The translations under genes and the position numbers were made by a program. Under the pieces are notes generated by a model. It searched no databases. It was not told the DNA's origin and was given only the letters and a program-made list of their open reading frames with translations. From a virus (lineage: Duplodnaviria > Caudoviricetes), in IMG/VR virus record IMGVR_UViG_3300028580_000125, positions 27,623 through 91,622 of that record: a DNA stretch of 64,000 nt; one strand, written 5' to 3'. Of the stretch, positions 43,589 through 53,935 are shown in pieces (the stretch's first letter is position 1; each line of letters begins with the position of its first letter).

Positions 43589-43864
43589 ATGCAACTTAGC
43601 ATCGCAGTACGCCCAATTAGTGCGGTCAAGGCGCACCTTACAGAAATCATTCGCACTTTCAGCGAAGAAGCTGCGCCGCCCGTTGTGATCACCCATAATG
43701 GCAAGGCCAAGGCCGTGCTCATGGGCATTCATGAATATGAGCGCAATCAGGAAACCCTTGCCATTCTCAAGGCCCTAAGTCTTTCCTGCAAGAGCTTTGC
43801 GGCTGGCAATGGACGCTCTGCTCGAGAAGTTTTCGCAGGCATGCGTGCAGTGGAGGAACGATGA
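43589..43864 (+). CDS. Phd/YefM-family antitoxin
   Basis: AAGGAG SD; VRPISAVKAH...PVVITHNGKAKAVLMGIHEYE. Confidence 0.85.
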   Translation: MQLSIAVRPISAVKAHLTEIIRTFSEEAAPPVVITHNGKAKAVLMGIHEYERNQETLAILKALSLSCKSFAAGNGRSAREVFAGMRAVEER

Positions 43865-44190
43865 CCCTTTCCATTGGGGCGCACACCAGTAAGCCTTGCT
43901 CGCCTTAGAGGCGAGCAAGGCTTGTGTATCTACATATGTGCAGCGGCCAATGCCGAGCAGGAACAATCTGATACGATTCTAGGTAAACTTGATCAGGCCA
44001 CCCTCGCTCTGGAAAGTTTCCCTCTGTGTAGCAATGTCCCCTCAGAACTTGAAATAGTGGACATCACCCGTTACCGTGAAATACATGCCCAGACATGGCG
44101 CAAAATCTACGAAGTGCTTGAAGCCGTGGTGCATGCCCATTAGGTTTTCGAATCTCGATGCAATGTGACAGGGCCATTTGCGCAAAAGAT
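43861..44190 (+). pseudogene. RelE/ParE-family toxin pseudogene
   Basis: ATGA-coupled start with early frameshift/stop; a different frame gives LESFP...VPSEL...YREIH...IYEV, with a further stop at 44141-44143. Confidence 0.7.
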
Positions 44191-44273
44191 ATTGCGGGGG
44201 CGTGCTACCCCGAGCACATCGAGCCAATTGCAATATGTAACTATTTAATACGTGTTCACCAGGGATTTTTTTC

Positions 44274-44867
44274 ATGCTGAAGATGATGATGTTTAATACA
44301 ATCGCCTTTATTTCGTCAGTTTTGTCACCGTTGGCTCTGGCTGTCGCCGCAGACCCCATTTTGAGTAATGGCAGTTACATCATTCAGATGTCCAATAGTG
44401 ACATGACTGCGGCAGCCACCAGTGAAGCTGGCAATTCTCCCATGATTCTTTGGCCATATCGGCCAAGCGCAACGTGGGCGTTTCAGCATGTTGGCAACAA
44501 CGTTTACACTATCAGAACGAACTCCACTCTTTTAAGCGGCAGTGGTGGCGAGGGTTCATCCGCCACCATCACCCGTGCGAATAAAAGCGATGAGCAAAAA
44601 TGGAAGTTAAAACGCGTGGGTGCGATGTATCAGATCATCAACCAGAAAACAGGCCTTGCCCTGACGCTGAACAATGGAAAGCGTGTAAAGGGCAGCAAAT
44701 TGCGCACAGAACAGGTAAATACTGAAGATGCGCAACTTTTCTGCATTCAAAAACCATCAGGCCCCCGCTACTGTGGTGGCTCTAATGGCAGAGATGACTA
44801 CCCTGACAGCAACAAGTATGATAAGGAAATTAAGATAAAGTCATACACCAATAAGCCTAGTCGATAG
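44274..44867 (+). CDS. Secreted ricin-B (beta-trefoil) lectin-like protein
   Basis: Signal-peptide-like N-terminus; (Q)xW-type repeats ATWAF, EQKWKL, AQLF; YQIINQKTGLAL. Confidence 0.65.
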   Translation: MLKMMMFNTIAFISSVLSPLALAVAADPILSNGSYIIQMSNSDMTAAATSEAGNSPMILWPYRPSATWAFQHVGNNVYTIRTNSTLLSGSGGEGSSATITRANKSDEQKWKLKRVGAMYQIINQKTGLALTLNNGKRVKGSKLRTEQVNTEDAQLFCIQKPSGPRYCGGSNGRDDYPDSNKYDKEIKIKSYTNKPSR

Positions 44868-44935
44868 CACTCGTTTTGAATAAAACGTTTGCGATCCTTT
44901 TTTTGTCCAGGAAAAAGAAAAGTACGAGCTTCTAT

Positions 44936-47900
44936 ATGCAGATGCCGGAAATGCTCGATAATGTGGGCAGAACCGTTAAAGATGAATTAACGGTGACCAT
45001 AGCCAAGGGCGACAGACTGTCGATAGCGGCAGCTTGTTTCTCCATTTACGCATACCAAGCCCTTAAGAAGCAGCTTGATGGCATTGCTGAGTTGCGCTTT
45101 ATTTTTACGTCCCCGACTTTTTTGCAAGAAAAAGCTCCCAAAGCCAAACGGGAGTTTTACATACCTCAACTTGACCGCGAGCGTTCACTTTATGGCACAA
45201 AATTTGAGGTCCAACTTCGCAACGAACTGACCCAAAAGGCTATTGCCCGCGAATGCGCCGACTGGATTCGCAAGAAGGCGCGGTTTCGCTCCAACCTAAC
45301 TGGCGGCAACATCAGCGGGTTTATGAACGTGGTCAGCGCAGAAGCCGTGACCTATATGCCACTCCATGGATTTACCACGTCGGATATCGGCTGCGAGCGC
45401 GGCAACAACATTATCAACCCGGTCAATAAACTGTACGCCCCGTTGTCGAATGAGTATGTACGCATGTTCGACCAGATCTGGAATGATAAAAGCTTAATGC
45501 GGGACGTAACCGAGCAGGTTATCGACGGCATCACTGCCGCCTATAACGAAAATGCGCCGGAGTTTATCTACTTCGTGGCGATATACAATCTTTTCAATGA
45601 GTTTCTGGAGGATATCTCCGAAGATGTTCTACCGAATGAGGCGACGGGGTTTAAGGAAACAAAGATCTGGAACAAGCTGTATGACTTCCAGAGGGACGCC
45701 ACACTCGCAATTATCAACAAACTCGAAAAGTTCAACGGATGTATCCTCGCCGACAGCGTGGGGCTGGGCAAGACTTTCACAGCGTTGTCGGTGATTAAGT
45801 ATTACGAACTTCGCAATCGCACGGTACTAGTGCTTTGCCCGAAAAAGCTGGGCGACAACTGGCATACCTTTAAGGAGAATTATCTCAACAACCCAATAGC
45901 TGCCGACCGCCTGCGGTACGATGTGCTTTACCATACGGACCTGTCACGCGACTACGGCCTGTCAGGCAGTACCGACCTCGCCAAACTGAATTGGGGCAAC
46001 TACGACCTCGTGGTCATAGACGAGTCGCACAACTTTCGTAATGGCGGCGATTATTCTGGTCGTGGAAACGACAAACGCGAGAACCGCTACTTCCAACTGC
46101 TGAACAGGGTTATACGCAAAGGCGTTAAAACAAAAGTTCTGATGCTCTCGGCGACCCCCGTGAACAATGACTTCTCCGACCTGCGCCACCAACTTGAACT
46201 CGCCTATGAGGGCAACCCCTCGTTGATAAACGACAAGCTGGACACCGCGAAGCCAATTGACATTATCTTCCGCAATGCCCAAACATCTTTCAACCGTTGG
46301 AGTAAGCTTAAACCCGAAGAGCGCACGACAGAGAACCTTTTGCGGTCCCTTGACTTTGACTTCTTTACGATGCTTGACAGCGTGACGTTAGCCCGTTCAC
46401 GCAAGCACATAGAGATGTATTACAACACCGCAGAAATAGGCAAATTCCCGGAACGAATGAAGCCTATCACCCTCCGTCCAAAGATGACCGACCTCGAATC
46501 GGCAATTGACTACGACGATATTTACGACCAGCTAATGAAGCTGAACCTTGCTGTCTACATCCCGACGGACTTCCTTTTGGAAAGCCGTCGGTCGAAGTAT
46601 GTAGACCCCAGCAAGAATATTGATCGTGCCGGGCGTGAAATCGGTATTCGCCGCTTGATGTGTATCAATCTCTTGAAGCGCCTGGAAAGCTCGGTCTACT
46701 CTTTCCGTATCACTATTGACCGTGTAAGGGCCGTGATAAACGGAACAATTGCCGCTATCGACGCCTATGTAAGTGGGACGCAGCGGATCATCACCACGCA
46801 GGAATTTTCAGAGGACGACCTTGACGGCGATGACCGCAACACCGAATTCTTTGAAATCACGGGCAAGAAACTGGATATTGATCTCGCCGATATGGACTAT
46901 GTTTCGTGGCGGACGAAACTCGTCGAGGACTCTAAAACCCTCGAACAGCTATCTCTACTGATTGAAAACATCACACCCGAACATGACACAAAGCTGCAAA
47001 CTCTTTTGAGGCTTATTACTGAAAAGGTGCAAAAACCATTCAACGTAGGTAACAAAAAGATACTTCTCTTCTCTGCATTCTCCGATACAGTTGACTACCT
47101 ATATAAAGAAGTTGCGCCGTTCGTGCAGTCACGCTTTGGGCTGAATACGGCCATGATAACCGGCACGACCGAAGGAAGGACGACCGTCAAGCTGAAGCGC
47201 ATCGATATGAACACCATCCTGACGCTGTTCTCGCCACTGTCTAAGGGCAAGGAACTGCTGATGCCCGACAATCCCGCTGAAATCGACATACTGATTGCGA
47301 CGGACTGCATTTCGGAAGGACAGAATTTGCAGGACTGCGACTACTGCATCAATTACGACATTCATTGGAATCCCGTGCGGATTATCCAACGGTTCGGTAG
47401 GATTGACCGTATCGGCAGCCGCAATGACCAGATTCAGCTTGTAAACTTCTGGCCGAATATTGACCTCGACAAATACCTCGAACTCAAGGGGCGTGTTGAG
47501 ACCAGAATGAAGGCTTCAGTTATGACCGCCACGGGTGACGACAACCCCATCGACCCCGAAGAACAGGGTGACCTCGAATACCGCAAGGCGCAGCTTGAAA
47601 AATTACAAAATGAGGTTGTGGACATAGAGGAAATGCAGTCCGGCATTTCCATTATGGATTTAGGGCTGAATGAATTTAGGCTTGACCTGCTTGAATACGT
47701 TAAGCAGCACGGCGAATTAGACGGCGCTCCATTTGGACTTCATGCCGTGGTCGAGGGCAACGCTGATGCGCCCCAGGGCACGATTTTTATCCTAAAAAAT
47801 CGTAATGCCAAGATAAATGTTCACAACCAGAACCAGTTACACCCGTTTTACATGGTCTACGTAGTGGACGGCGAAAACCCCGGCGATGAGCCAACGGTGT

Positions 47901-48190
47901 ACATTGACCACCTACAGCCCAAAAAGCTGCTCGATTCGCTCCGACAACTTTGCAAGGGCAAGGAAAAACCGCTCGAAGAATTCTGCCGTGCATTCAATGC
48001 CGAGACAAAAGACGGAAGAAATATGCGGCACTACTCCGACCTGCTCTGCTTTGCCGTAAAGTCTATTGTGGACCTCAATGAGGACGACTCAATCAACAGT
48101 TTCATCTCTGGCAAGCAGATGTCCCTTGCTGCAGACTCAATTGACGGGCTGGACGATTTTGAACTGGTCTGTTTCGTGACCGTGAAGTGA
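44936..48190 (+). CDS. SNF2-family helicase associated with type III R-M
   Basis: DSVGLGKT, VIDESHNFRN, LSATPVNN, SEGQNLQD, QRFGRIDRIGS. Confidence 0.85.
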   Translation: MQMPEMLDNVGRTVKDELTVTIAKGDRLSIAAACFSIYAYQALKKQLDGIAELRFIFTSPTFLQEKAPKAKREFYIPQLDRERSLYGTKFEVQLRNELTQKAIARECADWIRKKARFRSNLTGGNISGFMNVVSAEAVTYMPLHGFTTSDIGCERGNNIINPVNKLYAPLSNEYVRMFDQIWNDKSLMRDVTEQVIDGITAAYNENAPEFIYFVAIYNLFNEFLEDISEDVLPNEATGFKETKIWNKLYDFQRDATLAIINKLEKFNGCILADSVGLGKTFTALSVIKYYELRNRTVLVLCPKKLGDNWHTFKENYLNNPIAADRLRYDVLYHTDLSRDYGLSGSTDLAKLNWGNYDLVVIDESHNFRNGGDYSGRGNDKRENRYFQLLNRVIRKGVKTKVLMLSATPVNNDFSDLRHQLELAYEGNPSLINDKLDTAKPIDIIFRNAQTSFNRWSKLKPEERTTENLLRSLDFDFFTMLDSVTLARSRKHIEMYYNTAEIGKFPERMKPITLRPKMTDLESAIDYDDIYDQLMKLNLAVYIPTDFLLESRRSKYVDPSKNIDRAGREIGIRRLMCINLLKRLESSVYSFRITIDRVRAVINGTIAAIDAYVSGTQRIITTQEFSEDDLDGDDRNTEFFEITGKKLDIDLADMDYVSWRTKLVEDSKTLEQLSLLIENITPEHDTKLQTLLRLITEKVQKPFNVGNKKILLFSAFSDTVDYLYKEVAPFVQSRFGLNTAMITGTTEGRTTVKLKRIDMNTILTLFSPLSKGKELLMPDNPAEIDILIATDCISEGQNLQDCDYCINYDIHWNPVRIIQRFGRIDRIGSRNDQIQLVNFWPNIDLDKYLELKGRVETRMKASVMTATGDDNPIDPEEQGDLEYRKAQLEKLQNEVVDIEEMQSGISIMDLGLNEFRLDLLEYVKQHGELDGAPFGLHAVVEGNADAPQGTIFILKNRNAKINVHNQNQLHPFYMVYVVDGENPGDEPTVYIDHLQPKKLLDSLRQLCKGKEKPLEEFCRAFNAETKDGRNMRHYSDLLCFAVKSIVDLNEDDSINSFISGKQMSLAADSIDGLDDFELVCFVTVK

Positions 48191-48200
48191 GGATACGCCG

Positions 48201-48818
48201 ATGCTAGGACTACCGAGGGCGACCGAGTTATCCAAAGCCCTCCCCAAAAAAGCAATATTCGACCGTTTCAAACCATCGCCCACCGACCGCAGGCTGTTTG
48301 ACGAACAGATTAACCGAATGTCCATCGTCGCGGAAATATCGCCGCAGACAGTGGCATTGAAAGCTAGCGAAGATATTTCTGCAGTATATGTCATACTGGT
48401 GGCGTTGAAAACCAACCAGTGCGACAAGAAGAACATCGCGCTGCTTTCAAAGCTGATAGACCAGCGCATGTTGTTCGTGCTGCAATCAGGCGAAAATGCC
48501 AGGCTCGCCGTATACCACGCAGGTAGGGTACTGATGTCGGAAAGTACCCCCCTCACAGACTGGAAGCTGAACCTCAGTGGGCTTGACCTTGAAGCGGTGT
48601 GGGAGAACGCCATCGCCCAGATAGGCGGCATAGATCTCGCGGGAGGCAAAGCCCTCAACGCGACCATCGCCGAGAATGACCGACGAGAAAAGCTGACAAA
48701 ACAAATTACAGCACTTGAAAAGAAAGCAATGACAGAACGCCAGGCCCGCAAAAAATGGGAACTTGCAGAGGAAATTAGGCGGCTCAAAATAGAATTAGGA
48801 GAAACAGCAAATGTCTAA
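48201..48818 (+). CDS. DUF4391-family protein
   Basis: MLGLP..TE..K.LPKK N-terminus, C-terminal coiled coil with E.Q..KK; lies between the SNF2 gene and mod. Confidence 0.75.
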   Translation: MLGLPRATELSKALPKKAIFDRFKPSPTDRRLFDEQINRMSIVAEISPQTVALKASEDISAVYVILVALKTNQCDKKNIALLSKLIDQRMLFVLQSGENARLAVYHAGRVLMSESTPLTDWKLNLSGLDLEAVWENAIAQIGGIDLAGGKALNATIAENDRREKLTKQITALEKKAMTERQARKKWELAEEIRRLKIELGETANV

Positions 48819-50733
48819 TCCAGTAAAACTCGCAATGAGAACTCCGTCCCTCGCGGACAAAAACTTTGCCGCGCTTGCCGCCTTATTCCCGAATGCCGTG
48901 ACTGAAACGATGGACGAGAACGGCGCGGTCGTCCGCGCCATCGACAAGGACGTGCTGGCTCAGGAGATTAACGCCCACGTCGTCGAGGGCAGAGAGGAAC
49001 GCTACCAATTCACCTGGCCGGACAAGCGTAAGAGTATTCTGCTTGCCAACGCGCCCATTGCCGCCGCTCTGCGCCCCTGCCGAGAAGAAAGCGTGGACTT
49101 TGACACTACCGAGAACCTCTACATTGAGGGTGACAACCTCGATGTGCTGAAATTGCTGCGGGAGACGTATCTCAACCGCGTGAAAATGATATATATTGAC
49201 CCTCCGTATAACACTTCAAACGACTTCATATACGAAGATGACTTTTCGGAGACCGCTGATTCATTTTTGAGTCGTGATGGCCAGTTTGACGACCAAGGCA
49301 ACCGCCTTGTGAAAAAACTCGACAGCAACGGACGATTTCATACGGATTGGCTGAATATGCTCTATCCCCGCTTGCGGATTGCGCGGGATTTTCTCACAGA
49401 AGATGGCGTTATCTTCATCAGCATCGATGACAATGAAGTTGAGAACTTGAAGAAAATTTGCAATGAAATATTCGGCGAAAACAATTTTGTCTCAGACTTA
49501 GTGTGGCAATCTACAGCTGGTTCAAATACTGGCACTGATATAGTTACTGTTACAGAATACATCCTTGTTTACACGAAAAACAGGAGCATGTTCGTATTCG
49601 ATGGCAAGCCGTCTGGCGACGGTAATAGTTACTCACTTTCAGATGAATATGAGGATGAAAGAGGAAAGCATGCACTGGATAAAATGGATAGGCGACGAGT
49701 TGCCAACCATTATTCAGAAGCACTGAACTATGCTATCGAAATGCCTGACGGCACGATGCGCTATCCCGGGGGCAGCACCGAAAAATCTACCGAGGGATGG
49801 AATTATCTGTGGAGTAAGAAGAAAGTCGAATGGGGCATTGCCAATGGCTTTATTGAGTTCAAAAAGAATGGTAGTGAATGGAGCGTTTACAATAAGCGAT
49901 ACGCAAAGATTGACAATGAGGGAAACCATGTCGAAAGAACTATACCTTATCGAAATCTTATAACATCCGACCAATGCAACACGGCACAAGGCACAACTGA
50001 ATTGCGTTCACTGTTTGAATTCAGACCTTTTGATTTCCCGAAACCATCTGGACTAATAAGGCATCTTTTGGCGACTGCCATTCGGAGTGACAACGAAGCC
50101 ATTGTACTCGACTTTTTCTCCGGCTCTGCTACGACTGCCCATGCCGTTATGCAGCTCAATGCTGAAGACGGCGGCAAACGCAAATTTATTATGGTGCAGC
50201 TACCGGAAGTGTGCGCCGAAGGTTCGGAAGCCGCAAAAGCTGGCTACACAAACATCTGCGAAATCGGCAAAGAGCGAATCCGCCGCGCCGGGGCTAAAAT
50301 CAAAACCGACAGCCCTCTGACTACGGGCAGGCTTGATGTGGGTTTCCGCGTCCTCAAACTGGACTCTTCCAACATGAAGGGCGTGTATTACACGCCTGAA
50401 GAATACGCGAAGATGGGTTTTGACCTTTCAGGGTTTAAGGACAACATCAAAAAAGATCGCTCTGACGAAGACTTGCTCTTCCAAGTGATGCTTGATCTTG
50501 GTATCCCGCTATCGGCAAAAATTCGGCAGATCGGCGACGTTTACCATGTGAACGACACTTATCTTATCGCCTGCTTCAAGCAGGTCGATACCGCCCTGAT
50601 TACGAAAATCGCCAAGCAAAAACCGTACTACGCTATTTTCCGTGACAGTAGCTTCACCTCCGACTCCGCGATGGTCAACTTTGAGCAGGTGTTCAACACC
50701 TACAGCCCGAATACCATAAGGAGGGTGCTGTAA
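48811..50733 (+). CDS. mod: Type III R-M methyltransferase Mod
   Basis: NLYIEGDNL, IYIDPPYN, FPKP, VLDFFSGSATT. Confidence 0.92.
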   Translation: MSNPVKLAMRTPSLADKNFAALAALFPNAVTETMDENGAVVRAIDKDVLAQEINAHVVEGREERYQFTWPDKRKSILLANAPIAAALRPCREESVDFDTTENLYIEGDNLDVLKLLRETYLNRVKMIYIDPPYNTSNDFIYEDDFSETADSFLSRDGQFDDQGNRLVKKLDSNGRFHTDWLNMLYPRLRIARDFLTEDGVIFISIDDNEVENLKKICNEIFGENNFVSDLVWQSTAGSNTGTDIVTVTEYILVYTKNRSMFVFDGKPSGDGNSYSLSDEYEDERGKHALDKMDRRRVANHYSEALNYAIEMPDGTMRYPGGSTEKSTEGWNYLWSKKKVEWGIANGFIEFKKNGSEWSVYNKRYAKIDNEGNHVERTIPYRNLITSDQCNTAQGTTELRSLFEFRPFDFPKPSGLIRHLLATAIRSDNEAIVLDFFSGSATTAHAVMQLNAEDGGKRKFIMVQLPEVCAEGSEAAKAGYTNICEIGKERIRRAGAKIKTDSPLTTGRLDVGFRVLKLDSSNMKGVYYTPEEYAKMGFDLSGFKDNIKKDRSDEDLLFQVMLDLGIPLSAKIRQIGDVYHVNDTYLIACFKQVDTALITKIAKQKPYYAIFRDSSFTSDSAMVNFEQVFNTYSPNTIRRVL

Positions 50734-53700
50734 GTGAAATTCCAATTTAAGATTCAGCCGTTTCAGACGGAAGCCGCCGAAAGCGTTGTGCGCGTGTTTG
50801 CGGGACAGCCAAATGTCGGAACGTCGAAGTACCGCCGCGATATCGGCAGCGAAAAAGAGCTGACCAATGACGAGCGCCTCTCGCGCAGGGGCTACTTAGC
50901 ACTCACTTTTTCCACCTTGAGCGAAGAGGAAAAGCGGGCAGTCGAAGAAGAGTACGAAGCCGCCTTCCGCAATGAGAAGGTACAACTTTCCAAAGAGGAA
51001 CTGCTGAAGAATATCCGCACCGTTCAAACAGCAAACAACATCAAATATTCCGACGATCTTGCCGCAGGGCTTGGCGCGGTGTCACTCGACGTGGAGATGG
51101 AAACAGGCACAGGCAAGACCTACGTTTATATCAAGACGATGTTCGAACTTCACAAGGCATACGGCTGGAGCAAGTTTATCGTTGTCGTGCCGAGCATTGC
51201 CATCCGTGAGGGCGTGAAAAAGTCTTTTGAAATGCTTGAAGATCACTTTATGCAGATTTACGGGCTGAAAGCCCGCTATTTCATCTACAATTCCTCGAAC
51301 CTGCACCAACTTGACGAATTTTCGCAAAATAGCGGCATCAACGTCATGATAATCAACACGCAGGCGTTCAACACCTCGATGAACGAGGATAAGAGCGTCG
51401 AGGGCAGAAGCGGCAACGAGGCAGCGAGGATTATCTACACCAAGCGCGACGAATTTGGCAGCCGCCGTCCGATTGATGTTATCAAAGCGAACCATCCGAT
51501 AATCATCCTCGACGAACCGCAGAAAATGGGGGGCACGGCGACACAGACCGCCTTGAAAAAAAACTTCAATCCACTGTTTTCGCTGAATTATTCTGCAACT
51601 CACAAGACAAGCCACAATCTTGTCTATGTTCTTGACTCACTCGACGCTTTCAAAAAAAAGCTGGTCAAGAAAATTGAGGTCAAGGGATTTGAGCTAAAAA
51701 ACCTCGGCGGTACAAATCGATATATGTACCTTGCTGCCGTAGTCATAGATCGCAAAAAGCCGCCCCGTGCAAGGCTTGAGTTCGAAGTCAGCCGCGCGGC
51801 GGGCTCGCCTAAGCGAGAAACCCACCTGCTCGAAGTGGGCGATAGCCTTTATACCGCTTCCAAGGGCCTGGAAGAATACAAGGGAATCTCCATAGCCGAC
51901 ATTGACCCGATTCGGATGACGGTGACATTTAGCAACGGTGATACGCTCACGGCTGGCGAAGCCACCGGCAACGTTAATGAAGATGATATCCGCCGTATCC
52001 AAATCCGCGAGACCATCAACTCCCACTTCGACAAGGAGGAAAAACTGTTCGAACAGGGCATCAAATGCTTGTCGCTGTTCTTTATCGGCGAAGTGGCGAA
52101 GTACCGCCAATATGACGCTGATGGTCAGGAAATCCTCGGTGAGTATGGCCGCATCTTTGAAGAAGAATATATTGCCGCCTTAAATGAACGGCTGACATTG
52201 TTCCCGACAGCGTACCAAACTTATCTACGCGGCATCGACACTGCCGACACGCACAAGGGCTATTTCTCCATAGACAAAAAAGGGCGCGCCATAAACAGCG
52301 CGGTCAAGAGAGGCTCTAACGAGTCTGACGATATTTCAGCTTACGACCTCATCCTGAAGCGGAAGGAAGTCCTGCTCTCGTTTGAGGAGCCAACGCGGTT
52401 TATATTTTCTCACTCTGCTTTGCGCGAAGGCTGGGACAACCCGAATGTGTTTCAGATTTGCACTTTAAAGCACTCCGATGACGCTACGACTAAGAGGCAG
52501 GAAGTCGGGCGGGGCTTACGCCTTTGCGTGAATAGCCTTGGCGAGCGTCAGGATTTGGAAGCCTGTGGCGATTCGCTGGTGCAAAGCGTAAATTTGCTCA
52601 CTGTCGTGGCAAGCGAAAGCTATGCCGGGTTTGTCGCCGAATTGCAGAGCCAAATCAAAGCTGACCTCTACGATCGTCCGACAAAAGCCAGTGTTGACTA
52701 CTTCAACGGCAAGATCATTTATCTCTCGGACGAACAACCGCATCCCCTTACAAATGCGGAAGCAACAGCGGTCTACAATTACCTCGTCCGTAACGAGTAT
52801 GTGGACGATAACGGTGGCGTTACTGATACATACAGAGCCGCTGCCGAAACAGGAAACTTTGCCCCGCTGAAACCGGAACTCGCTCCGCTTGCCGAGGGCG
52901 TCCATAAACTGGTTCAGGCTATCTTTGACCCGTCTATCCTTAATGAAATGGCAGGCAATGGACGCGAAACAAAAATCAAAGACAACCCGCTGAACGAGAA
53001 TTGGGCAGCATTCAAGGGTTTGTGGGAGCGGATAAACAAGCGGTATGCCTATGCCGTGGAATTTAATGGCGACGAACTCATTAAAAAGTCCATAGCCGCC
53101 ATCGATGGGGAGTTGAAGGTCGCCCGTTTATCCTACACCCTTACTAAAGGGTCACAGGAAGGTACGGAATTCACTGTTGAACGCACTGAAACCAAAAATC
53201 TCGAACGAGCGCACGGCGGACTTGCAGCCTATGACATCATCGGCAAGATAGCCGGAGGCACAAATCTTACACGCCGTACGGTCACAGCTATTCTTGAGGG
53301 CATCAAAAAGGAACAGCTCTGGCTGTTCTGCGAAAATCCCGAAGAATTCATCGCCAAGATTGTTGTTATTATCAACAGGCAGAAAGCCTCCGTCGTCGTG
53401 GAGCATATCACCTATACCCCAAGTGCCGAGGAACCGTATTCGCAGGACATATTCAATATGAGTCGTGCCTCAGATGAATATGCCAAGGCGTTCAAGGCGA
53501 AACACGCCATACAAGATTATATTTTCACCGATGGCTCAACGGCTAACAGCGTTGAACGGCGATTTGCCGAGGACTTGGATGTTGCCGATGAAGTGATCGT
53601 CTATGCCAAATTGCCAAGAGGCCCTCGAGGGTTCTACATCCCAACGCCCGTAGGCAAATACTCCCCGGACTGGGCAATTTCGTTCAAGAAAGGGAAGGTG

Positions 53701-53880
53701 AAACACATCTTCTTTATCGCCGAAACCAAAGGCACAATGGACAGTCTTGAACTGCGCCCGATAGAGCAAGCGAAAATATCCTGCGCAAAAAAACTGTTTA
53801 ATGAAATAAGTACCACAGGTGTGAAGTATCACGATGTGGACTGCTATCAGAGTTTGTTGACGGTGATGGAAACGCTGTAA
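50734..53880 (+). CDS. res: Type III R-M endonuclease Res
   Basis: METGTGKT, DEPQ, LREGWDNPNVFQIC, QEVGRGLR, C-terminal PDW...AETK nuclease motif. Confidence 0.92.
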   Translation: MKFQFKIQPFQTEAAESVVRVFAGQPNVGTSKYRRDIGSEKELTNDERLSRRGYLALTFSTLSEEEKRAVEEEYEAAFRNEKVQLSKEELLKNIRTVQTANNIKYSDDLAAGLGAVSLDVEMETGTGKTYVYIKTMFELHKAYGWSKFIVVVPSIAIREGVKKSFEMLEDHFMQIYGLKARYFIYNSSNLHQLDEFSQNSGINVMIINTQAFNTSMNEDKSVEGRSGNEAARIIYTKRDEFGSRRPIDVIKANHPIIILDEPQKMGGTATQTALKKNFNPLFSLNYSATHKTSHNLVYVLDSLDAFKKKLVKKIEVKGFELKNLGGTNRYMYLAAVVIDRKKPPRARLEFEVSRAAGSPKRETHLLEVGDSLYTASKGLEEYKGISIADIDPIRMTVTFSNGDTLTAGEATGNVNEDDIRRIQIRETINSHFDKEEKLFEQGIKCLSLFFIGEVAKYRQYDADGQEILGEYGRIFEEEYIAALNERLTLFPTAYQTYLRGIDTADTHKGYFSIDKKGRAINSAVKRGSNESDDISAYDLILKRKEVLLSFEEPTRFIFSHSALREGWDNPNVFQICTLKHSDDATTKRQEVGRGLRLCVNSLGERQDLEACGDSLVQSVNLLTVVASESYAGFVAELQSQIKADLYDRPTKASVDYFNGKIIYLSDEQPHPLTNAEATAVYNYLVRNEYVDDNGGVTDTYRAAAETGNFAPLKPELAPLAEGVHKLVQAIFDPSILNEMAGNGRETKIKDNPLNENWAAFKGLWERINKRYAYAVEFNGDELIKKSIAAIDGELKVARLSYTLTKGSQEGTEFTVERTETKNLERAHGGLAAYDIIGKIAGGTNLTRRTVTAILEGIKKEQLWLFCENPEEFIAKIVVIINRQKASVVVEHITYTPSAEEPYSQDIFNMSRASDEYAKAFKAKHAIQDYIFTDGSTANSVERRFAEDLDVADEVIVYAKLPRGPRGFYIPTPVGKYSPDWAISFKKGKVKHIFFIAETKGTMDSLELRPIEQAKISCAKKLFNEISTTGVKYHDVDCYQSLLTVMETL

Positions 53881-53935
53881 ATAGTGACGTCATTATTGAA
53901 ATGATCAGATCCATTCCTGCTCATTAGGAGGCGAG

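Noticed and set aside
48811-50733. Phase-variable mod gene
   Set aside because: No simple-sequence repeat tract is visible in or upstream of mod.
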